Below, in pieces: positions 7,207-14,291 of a stretch of 32,000 bases of DNA. The stretch's first letter is position 1. The number at the start of each line of letters is the position of its first letter. The DNA is from Psychrobacter cryohalolentis K5 (lineage in GTDB: Bacteria > Pseudomonadota > Gammaproteobacteria > Pseudomonadales > Moraxellaceae), in the NCBI RefSeq assembly GCF_000013905.1, contig NC_007969.1, forward strand, positions 1,830,001 through 1,862,000, given 5' to 3'. The notes beneath the pieces are model-generated. The model ran no database searches and was not told the DNA's origin. It saw only the letters and a list, made by a program, of their open reading frames with translations. The translations under genes and the position numbers were made by a program.

Positions 7207-8451
7207 TTAAACCAAATACGCTCTCGCCTGCTCCATAGTGCTAAATGAGTGCAATATTAACTTATTTTTTTGAAAATCTGTCACATCATCAGAGCCAACA
7301 GTGGATGTCGACGACGCTGTTATTGATTCTGTTGTAGGCACTGCTGCCGTATTAGACAGTTGCATCACTTTTCGCAGCCACGTGTATTGGCGCTTTGCTA
7401 ACTGCCTTGTAGCATATAATGCCTTATTTTGCATTTGCTGACAAGCAAGCGCTTCGGTTTGGGCAGTTGCCATTGGTAGATGCGTCTGAGTTATGCTACT
7501 TTGAATCGTGGTATCTTGCTCTTTACTTTCGTTACTTGATGGTTCCGATTGAGCAAAAGCATCATAAAACTGCGCTTTATCCAAATGAGGCTGTTCAAAT
7601 ACAGGGTGATTAGTCTGTACCAAATACTCTAATACTTGTCGATAACCAACACAGCGCATCGAAGGTAAGCCTGGGGTCAAAGGATAATGCTCAAGCAAAC
7701 TGATAACCTCTGCTACTAACCCTTCACGCCACATGATATCTAATCGCTGCTCAATACGCGTATGCAACCATGGACGATCTGGCATAACCGCCAAAGCATG
7801 CCATTGCTGATTGGGATTATATGCCAATGCTTGCTTGGGCTGACGCTGCCAGTCACTAATAGGAATATCAGTTTGCAAATATACTTCAACAGCACGGGTA
7901 ATACGCTGGGTATCAGTTGCATTAAGACGCTCATGGCTGATAGCATCAACTTTACCAAGATAATCATATAGCGCACTGATACCCTCATCTTGGCGCCACT
8001 GCTCAACGCGCGCGCGAACACTGTCATCACTATCAGGCACTGGTGAGAGTCCGTCGAGTAATGCCATGTAATACATCATCGTACCGCCGACCAACAAGGG
8101 TATTTTGCCATTCTGATGACAGCTATCAATCAATCTTGCCACATCGTTGACAAACTCAGCGACACTATAGCTTTGCATAGGATCAATGATATCGACCAAA
8201 TGATGAGGGTATCGTGCCAGCTCAGCAGCGTTTGGTTTTGCGGTACCGACCGTCATGTCACGATACACCAATGCTGAATCTACCGAAATCAGCTCATAAC
8301 GACCGCTATTATAAAGCTCGTAAGCCAAAGCAGTCTTACCACTCGCGGTTGGTGCCATCAAGCACACCACGCTATTGTCCGCCAAATTGGGACTTAAGTA
8401 AGAAGATAGGCTATCAGACGAAAGTCGCATATACTTGCCTTTGATGGTCAT
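7207..8451 (-). CDS. miaA: tRNA dimethylallyltransferase MiaA (unusually long, 414 aa)
   Basis: P-loop APTASGKTALA, ISVDSALVYRDMTVGTAKP, LLVGGTMMY, CVGYRQ and ATRQLAKRQYTWLR motifs, in mutL-miaA-hfq synteny. An alternative ATG at 8430 is possible. Confidence 0.92.
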   Translation of the reverse strand: MTIKGKYMRLSSDSLSSYLSPNLADNSVVCLMAPTASGKTALAYELYNSGRYELISVDSALVYRDMTVGTAKPNAAELARYPHHLVDIIDPMQSYSVAEFVNDVARLIDSCHQNGKIPLLVGGTMMYYMALLDGLSPVPDSDDSVRARVEQWRQDEGISALYDYLGKVDAISHERLNATDTQRITRAVEVYLQTDIPISDWQRQPKQALAYNPNQQWHALAVMPDRPWLHTRIEQRLDIMWREGLVAEVISLLEHYPLTPGLPSMRCVGYRQVLEYLVQTNHPVFEQPHLDKAQFYDAFAQSEPSSNESKEQDTTIQSSITQTHLPMATAQTEALACQQMQNKALYATRQLAKRQYTWLRKVMQLSNTAAVPTTESITASSTSTVGSDDVTDFQKNKLILHSFSTMEQARAYLV

Positions 8452-8533
8452 GGTTTTAAGAACAATAAGGTAAATTATTGATAGCTCAGCGATATGTCCT
8501 AACTATAGAAAATACGTTATTTTCACAATAGCG

Positions 8534-10276
8534 CTATTTAAGCGCAGATGATAACATCAATGTGACTAATTGATGACTATCTATAGAGTGGATAGCATAT
8601 TTGCTCAGTATAGCTTCCATATCTGATACAAAAGCTTGTACATCTTGTGATGACATCTGCTTGATTATCTTCGCCAATTGCTGATTAATAGTAGTGCTAT
8701 TTAATTCTTTGGCTTTGTCATACATAGTGCTGCTAAAGACACTTGACTCAAACAATACTTTTAATCTTGACTGCCATCTCTCAGCACTAATTAGCGCACA
8801 CTGTCCTTGATAATAAAATAGCAACCAAGGCAGCGCTTTATCGTCATTGCTATATATAACTGAAGAAGCTACCAGACCAGTGACACTATCTATAACTTGT
8901 AAGCAAACTGGTAAAGGTGGTGTGTTTACAGGGTAACTGTTAACAGCATGACGACTGTCTTCTACAGGCTCATCAATATGTAAGTCTTTAATACTTTCGA
9001 ATAACGACTCATTTTCTGACAGCTGATATGGTTGCTTAGGAGCTTGAACTTGCTGACTTGCCGTTGCATTGTTGGTATATGATGCTATTGCGTCTAACGC
9101 ATTAAACGACTTTCTTGTGGAGATATTATCATTTGGTGCTCGCTCTTTAGAGCGAACAATTTTCGCGGTATTAAGCCCTCTTAACTTCGCACGAATCGCA
9201 TGACTTAAATGCGCCATGATATTGTTCAGTGGGCTAATCTTGATACGCTGCTTGGAAGGATGAACATTAACATTGAGCCACTGAGTTGGTAACTCAAAAT
9301 AAAGCGCATAACCCATACCTGCTAGCTGTACACTTTGAACCATTTGACGAAGCTGATTGCTAATTAATGCCTCTTTTACCAATCTGCCATTTACATAAAT
9401 GAGCTTTGGTAAACTATGGTTGGCATCATAACTTGCCCACAACCAACCGCCAATACTCGCCGCTTGCATAGTGCGTACATTATCAGCATATTCACCATTA
9501 GCATTAGTAGCAGAAGAACTTCCAAATTGCTGCGTTAGGCTAGATAAATCAACCGCGATTTCAATTGCCTGCTCTGCAAGTGCCAATCCAGTCGCTTGTT
9601 CCAAACGTGATAACGGCAGATACTTTTCAGTAACTTTATTTATAGTGTTTACCGATAGTGATAGCCGTTTTTTATTATCATGAAAAAGCGTCAGCGCCAC
9701 ATCAGCGCGTGCTAAAGCCACTTCACGGACAATCGTTTCGATATGACTGAACTCAGTCGCGATAGATTTCAAATTACCGCGGCGTGCTGGTACGTTGAAA
9801 TATAAATCTTTGACTGTAATAGTAGTACCGCGATGATGCACAACGGGTATTAATTTTGGCGTATCGCCCAATATACCGGCAACTTGCAACTGACGACCAA
9901 TACCGCTGTCATTATGACTACTGGTTAAGGTCAAACGGGAAACAGCAGCCGTCGCTGCCAGTGCTTCCCCGCGAAAACCCAACGTTGTAATACCATGCAA
10001 GTGTGCCACATCAGCGACTTTGCTAGTGGCATGACGCGTGACTGCCATGACCATATCATCAGGATGAATCCCAACGCCATTATCAATCACCTCAATCATA
10101 CCCATGCCACCTTGGGTAATGCGGACCTCGATATCTGTGGCATGAGCATCAATTGCATTCTCGAGGAGCTCTTTAACCACCGCTGCTGGACGCGTCACGA
10201 CTTCACCCGCCGCTAATTGATTAATAAGCAGCGGTGATAGTTTTTTAATGCGTGTATTGGTGTGGCTATGTAGCAT
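8534..10276 (-). CDS. mutL: DNA mismatch repair endonuclease MutL
   Basis: GHKL ATPase N-terminus LINQLAAGEVVTRPAAVVKELLENAIDA, plus DNGVGI and GFRGEAL motifs. 580 aa. Confidence 0.93.
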   Translation of the reverse strand: MLHSHTNTRIKKLSPLLINQLAAGEVVTRPAAVVKELLENAIDAHATDIEVRITQGGMGMIEVIDNGVGIHPDDMVMAVTRHATSKVADVAHLHGITTLGFRGEALAATAAVSRLTLTSSHNDSGIGRQLQVAGILGDTPKLIPVVHHRGTTITVKDLYFNVPARRGNLKSIATEFSHIETIVREVALARADVALTLFHDNKKRLSLSVNTINKVTEKYLPLSRLEQATGLALAEQAIEIAVDLSSLTQQFGSSSATNANGEYADNVRTMQAASIGGWLWASYDANHSLPKLIYVNGRLVKEALISNQLRQMVQSVQLAGMGYALYFELPTQWLNVNVHPSKQRIKISPLNNIMAHLSHAIRAKLRGLNTAKIVRSKERAPNDNISTRKSFNALDAIASYTNNATASQQVQAPKQPYQLSENESLFESIKDLHIDEPVEDSRHAVNSYPVNTPPLPVCLQVIDSVTGLVASSVIYSNDDKALPWLLFYYQGQCALISAERWQSRLKVLFESSVFSSTMYDKAKELNSTTINQQLAKIIKQMSSQDVQAFVSDMEAILSKYAIHSIDSHQLVTLMLSSALK

Positions 10277-10347
10277 TGATGGGTATCATATATTGAAAAT
10301 AATAGAGGCGGATTTTAAGCCTTTAAACATCTGTAGCACGATTTGGA

Positions 10348-10896
10348 CTAAAGATTTAGACTGGATAAGTCAAAACCTTGTACTTGTCCTGCCTTTGACA
10401 ATCGTATTGCAACTTGGCGAGATTCTTTATCATCATTGCTATTACTTTGAGTCATATCAATAAACATAGTAGGCAGCGGCAAATAGCTGTCCGCACGGCT
10501 CGCCCATTCAATGATAACCAACGCATTTGGCTCATCCAAATACTCATCAAAGCCAATAAAAGACAGCTCTTCTGGATCTTGCAAACGATATAAATCAGCA
10601 TGATAAACAGGTTTAATTGAGCCGTCATTTTGGGTAATACTATAAGGCTCAACCAAGGTATAAGTCGGACTTTTTACCGCTCCTTTATGCCCTAGCGCCT
10701 GCAACCAATAGCGAGTTAATGTGGTTTTACCTGCACCCAAATCTCCTGCCAGCCATACACTACCTATCAGCGGCAAAGCTGCCAATTGCTCAGCCAAACG
10801 CTGGGTATCTTTTTCTGAATGCAGCGTCAAAGTCTGCAAGTTCTTACCACTTATAGCTGCGTCTTCAATCGTTTGATTATTATTCATTAAACTCAA
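10348..10896 (-). CDS. tsaE: tRNA threonylcarbamoyladenosine biosynthesis ATPase TsaE
   Basis: P-loop GDLGAGKTTLTRYWLQALG, then VKSPTYTLVEPY and DLYRL motifs. The track start is a TTG at 10896, overlapping the upstream stop. An ATG at 10887 is an equally plausible start. Confidence 0.88.
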   Translation of the reverse strand: MSLMNNNQTIEDAAISGKNLQTLTLHSEKDTQRLAEQLAALPLIGSVWLAGDLGAGKTTLTRYWLQALGHKGAVKSPTYTLVEPYSITQNDGSIKPVYHADLYRLQDPEELSFIGFDEYLDEPNALVIIEWASRADSYLPLPTMFIDMTQSNSNDDKESRQVAIRLSKAGQVQGFDLSSLNL

Positions 10897-11492
10897 TCTA
10901 CCTGTACTTGCATTGTTACTGCTGGATTAACGAAACTCTCACCACGTATCAGTTTGGCATATAGCTCAGGGTCATGCCACTCTGCACATACTTGCTCGCT
11001 AAATTCGAAATCCTTTAGCACCAACTTACCCATTTGCTCATTGCTCACATCATCAGCAAAACACTGCGCGTAACCAGTCGCAGTTTCGTGCGCAATCACT
11101 GAATATACGCTCACATCCGCTTCGCCATTTTGCATTTGTGTCTGTTGTAGAATCTCTTGCGCCCAAAAGAATATCACCCGCGAGAATTGCTCTGCTGACG
11201 GCGATACCGGCAAGCTGATCCAGCGTGCACTGAATTTCTTACAGGCAGCGATGTATTCAGGATCGTCTTTACTCCAAAAACAAATCGCATGATCAAAGCT
11301 GTCGATAATGTCTTTAATAGAAGATTTTAATAAGCCAAAATCATAGACCATCTGCCCATGATCTAAACGCTTGGCCTCAAGTATCAGCTCAATCTGATAG
11401 CTATGACCATGAATCGAGTGTTTGCAGCGCTCAGAGCTACAGTTACGCACAATATGGGCGTTTTCAAATTTAAACAGTTTACGGATACGCAT
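10893..11492 (-). CDS. 6-carboxytetrahydropterin synthase / PTPS-fold protein, long form (QueD-like)
   Basis: FKFENAHIV...CKHSIHGHSYQIELILEA...DHGQMVYDFGLLK...FDH matches the QueD/PTPS Zn-His triad and catalytic Cys layout. It carries about 70 extra C-terminal residues versus the 120-aa QueD. Confidence 0.75.
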   Translation of the reverse strand: MRIRKLFKFENAHIVRNCSSERCKHSIHGHSYQIELILEAKRLDHGQMVYDFGLLKSSIKDIIDSFDHAICFWSKDDPEYIAACKKFSARWISLPVSPSAEQFSRVIFFWAQEILQQTQMQNGEADVSVYSVIAHETATGYAQCFADDVSNEQMGKLVLKDFEFSEQVCAEWHDPELYAKLIRGESFVNPAVTMQVQVD

Positions 11493-11578
11493 AATAATTA
11501 ATCAACCAAAACAGTAAGCATCATTGTGCTAAATAATAATAGGATAAAGGTTTGCCGCGATTTATCGGCTTGATGCTC

Positions 11579-11606
11579 ATTATAGCAAATCGTGATGTAT
11601 TCGTAA
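11579..11606 (-). promoter_or_regulatory. Candidate sigma70 promoter for the queD-like/tsaE/mutL transcription unit
   Basis: On the minus strand: TTACGA, 16 nt, then TATAAT (perfect -10), about 90 nt upstream of the ATG. Confidence 0.35.
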
Positions 11607-11716
11607 GTAAGCACTTATTAACGCCAGCGTCCATTTGCTTGAAGCTAGCTATTAATCACTCTTAGGGCTATACTGATTTTAATAAGTATTAAACGGTCAC
11701 ATAAAAGGAAAACATC

Positions 11717-11839
11717 ATGAGTAAAGGTCAAGATAGTAAGAAGAATGTCAAAAAGAAGCCGCTGTTAACGGCAAAAGAGAAAAAAGCGGCTAAGCAATCA
11801 AAGAAAGATGATAATGGTAGCATCTTAGGAAAGCATTAA
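11717..11839 (+). CDS. Small lysine-rich basic protein, 40 aa (not in the ORF track)
   Basis: ATG at 11717 is preceded by AAAAGGAA with 7-nt spacing. Translation is MSKGQDSKKNVKKKPLLTAKEKKAAKQSKKDDNGSILGKH. TAA at 11837-11839 is followed within 20 nt by a strong terminator. Confidence 0.55.
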   Translation: MSKGQDSKKNVKKKPLLTAKEKKAAKQSKKDDNGSILGKH

Positions 11840-11855
11840 TAATAAATGCCTTAAC

Positions 11856-11893
11856 ATGCCAATCAAGCTTAATGGTTTGATTGGCATTTTTTT
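11856..11893 (+). terminator. Rho-independent terminator of the small lysine-rich ORF
   Basis: Perfect 11-bp stem ATGCCAATCAA (11856-11866) / TTGATTGGCAT (11877-11887) followed by a T7 run. Confidence 0.8.
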
Positions 11894-11903
11894 ATTTATA
11901 TGA

Positions 11904-12020
11904 TCAGTGAAAAGCAATATCGATACCTTATTGTACTGCTGGTATGAATTTTTCTTGCTTGCTGTGCCTACGCAGACAGAAGCTACAAAAAATTTATACC
12001 AGCAGTACCGTAACGTTTTT
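11904..12020 (-). repeat. Palindromic MITE/REP-like element, copy 2 (inverted relative to copy 1)
   Basis: Its reverse complement aligns with 3600-3715. The terminal inverted repeats GTACTGCTGGTATGAATTTTT (11933-11953) and AAAAATTTATACCAGCAGTAC (11988-12008) pair at 20 of 21 positions. Confidence 0.8.
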
Positions 12021-12096
12021 AGGGTATTTTGACTGTATATTGAATTTACTAAATCTTGAATTAATAAGCTTTAATTTGCGCACTTTGACTCATAAG

Positions 12097-12429
12097 CTAG
12101 GCACTGCGCGGCGCAAACATAATAATTGCCATGCCCAGTAAAGCAATAGCAGAACCTACAATATCCCAAGTCGTTGGACGTATCCCGTTCACTGTCCACA
12201 ACCATAAAATCACCATCGAAATATAAACACCGCCATAAGCGGCATAGACCCTACCGGCAGCAGTGGGATGTAATGACAGCAGCCATACAAAAGCTATCAA
12301 ACTCAGGGCACCAGGTATGAGCAACCAAACTGACTTACCCTCTCGTAGCCACAGATAAGGCAGATAACAACCTGCGATTTCAGCCAATGCAGTAAGAGCA
12401 AAAAGCCCCACTGTTTTTAATTCAGACAA
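12097..12429 (-). CDS. ynfA: YnfA family (UPF0060) small inner-membrane protein
   Basis: Four predicted TM helices. [18 protein letters not shown] and [17 protein letters not shown] match the YnfA family pattern. The TTG start is preceded by GAGGAG, which overlaps the end of the upstream gene. Confidence 0.85.
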
Positions 12430-12432
12430 AAC

Positions 12433-13245
12433 TTACTCCTCGACCGTAATAAATCCCGTCAAATAATGCACAGCATGACCGGAGATAAGCACTCTATCTC
12501 CTGCAACCACACAGTCTAGTACCCCGCCACGTTTTGACGCTTGATAAGCAACCAATGTATTTTTACCCAGTCGCTGTGCCCATAATGGCGCTAGTCCAGT
12601 ATGAGCCGAACCCGTAACTGGATCTTCATCACCACCATTGGCAGGCCAGAAATAACGTGAAATAAAATCGTAGTCTTTGTAGTCAGCAGATTTAGCCTGA
12701 CAAGTGACAACCACATCGAGAGGCGCAAGTTGTTTTAGCGCGTCATTATCACGCTCTACATTTAACACGTCAGATTCCGAGTCATAAATCACAAAATATG
12801 CCTGTGAGTTTTTATAGACTTCAATAGGGACAATAGACAATCCTGCCAGCAAACTATCAGGGATATCACTGACTTTCTCAGGCTTAGTATTGGGAAAATC
12901 CATCTGTATTTTATCATGATCGGTTTGCTTGACCGCTAAAACCCCAACTGCTTCAGCTGAAAACTTAATAGACGTCAAAGTAGGGTTTTTCTTAAACAGT
13001 ACAAAGGCAGAAGCCAAGGTCGCATGACCACAAAAATCAATCTCCGTAAGCGGTGAAAACCATCGAATATGATAAGTACCTTTATTATCCAAGACTATAA
13101 AAGCCGTCTCTGATAAATTATTTTCAAAAGCAATAGATTGCATGAGTTTCTCAGACAACCAACTTTCTGTGATAATCATTGCCGCTGAATTGCCTTTAAA
13201 CACAGTATTAGTAAAGGCATCGATAACATTGATTTCTAATTGCAT
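12433..13245 (-). CDS. PhzF-family isomerase-like protein
   Basis: N-terminus IDAFTNTVFKGNSAAMI, internal FCGHATLA, C-terminal DPVTGSAH, about 270 aa. These are typical PhzF/YddE family features. Confidence 0.88.
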   Translation of the reverse strand: MQLEINVIDAFTNTVFKGNSAAMIITESWLSEKLMQSIAFENNLSETAFIVLDNKGTYHIRWFSPLTEIDFCGHATLASAFVLFKKNPTLTSIKFSAEAVGVLAVKQTDHDKIQMDFPNTKPEKVSDIPDSLLAGLSIVPIEVYKNSQAYFVIYDSESDVLNVERDNDALKQLAPLDVVVTCQAKSADYKDYDFISRYFWPANGGDEDPVTGSAHTGLAPLWAQRLGKNTLVAYQASKRGGVLDCVVAGDRVLISGHAVHYLTGFITVEE

Positions 13246-13522
13246 ATTACGCTCTTATTTTTATGATAGGGATATCGCTGATTTACGGTAAAAAACACAC
13301 TACTGTTAATAGAAGTAGAATGAAATTTCACAGCCTTTATAAGGCTCTATCTAAAGGATTGTCGCATCGGTTTGAAGAGCTTATATTTGTAGAAAATAAC
13401 TTGGTATTTATCATCCTCTGTATTTTCCTACAGACTCTCGAGCTTATCTTTTGCACATCAGTATACATCTTTGAAAGATTTGCATTTACTATTTGGCGAT
13501 TATAGACAGAGTACAATCATAG

Positions 13523-14152
13523 CTAAGGCAATATCTGAGGCGCGATATAATCGGTCAAATTAATAGTGGCTATTTTCTCAGCCCAATCTGACTCAGTTGG
13601 ATGCGGTAAACTATCTAAAACCGTCAAAGGCTTCTGATAAATTGTTTTAAAAGCATCCATAAACCCAATTGCGGTATCGCCGCAAGGTACGATGATAATA
13701 TCAGGTGGCGCTTGCTCAAGCACTTCAGTTAATCGGCTCACAAAGTCTTTAAAAATACCGTTTTTCTTCAAATCCACAGGTACTTTATTCGGATTACTTT
13801 GATTTAAATTTTGTTTGATAGCTGCCAATTCATTTACTTTTGCTAAGTCTTCACTATTTAAAGCGCAAGGGTAAAACGCTTTATTCAGTGGCAACGTAGA
13901 GCAGTTCAAAATACCCAGTGGCTGATAATTTAGTGCTTTGATATTACAGCCTAATGGCAATTGGGCATCAAAATCCTTTAAATACCCTTGAGTCATCAAA
14001 AATTGAGTAAGCTCAAGCGCCGACTCGCCTGCCGCTGGATGCTGATGGATATATTCATTGATATAGGGAGATTCTAGAATAAATAACACTTTTAACTTTG
14101 TCATATCCTCAATCAAGTTAAATACTTTATATTTTTCTAAAGACATAGCCAT
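13523..14152 (-). CDS. Orphan uracil-DNA-glycosylase-superfamily (UDG-fold) protein with divergent motifs; function unknown
   Basis: LKVLFILESPYINEYIHQHPAAGESALEL, ILNCSTLP, IIIVPCGDTAIGF and LPHPTES line up by eye with family-4 UDG motif A, the N/C-P segment, the LG..A strand and the HPS/HPA motif B. I trimmed the start to the ATG at 14152 because the track ORF runs into the upstream terminator. Confidence 0.55.
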   Translation of the reverse strand: MAMSLEKYKVFNLIEDMTKLKVLFILESPYINEYIHQHPAAGESALELTQFLMTQGYLKDFDAQLPLGCNIKALNYQPLGILNCSTLPLNKAFYPCALNSEDLAKVNELAAIKQNLNQSNPNKVPVDLKKNGIFKDFVSRLTEVLEQAPPDIIIVPCGDTAIGFMDAFKTIYQKPLTVLDSLPHPTESDWAEKIATINLTDYIAPQILP

Positions 14153-14216
14153 TCTTCTTATGCCATTTATAGCTATCAGTTTTATGATACTCGTTTTTAT
14201 TATAGAAGCAGATACG

Positions 14217-14260
14217 TAAAAAAGCACCCTATCGAGTCTGCCTCAATAGGGTGCTTTTTA
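14217..14260. terminator. Bidirectional-looking terminator after the carboxynorspermidine dehydrogenase gene
   Basis: 10-bp stem AGCACCCTAT (14223-14232) / ATAGGGTGCT (14246-14255) with an inner GAG/CTC extension, an A-run before and a T-run after. Confidence 0.8.
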
Positions 14261-14291
14261 TTTAACGAACAATAAAAACCAACACGATAAT

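Noticed and set aside
7740-8030. ORFs 7740-8030 (-), 7762-7971 (+), 7419-7613 (+) and 8214-8444 (+)
   Set aside because: All lie inside miaA in other frames or on the other strand, with no independent support.
11493-11716. Searched for a preQ1 riboswitch upstream of the QueD-like gene
   Set aside because: There is no match to the conserved preQ1-I core (a CCCTC...AAAAAACTA-like segment). Only a generic AGCATCA/TGATGCT pairing is present.
11944-12141. 65-aa plus-strand ORF
   Set aside because: It starts inside the palindromic repeat (copy 2) and runs into the 3' end of ynfA on the opposite strand. It is an artefact of the repeat.
13263-13505. 80-aa plus-strand ORF in the gap between the PhzF-like gene and the UDG-like gene
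   Set aside because: It has no SD and very AT-rich codons, and it is convergent on the UDG-like gene with no terminator. The region is more likely just the PhzF-like promoter region. I cannot exclude a small membrane protein, but the sequence gives no support.
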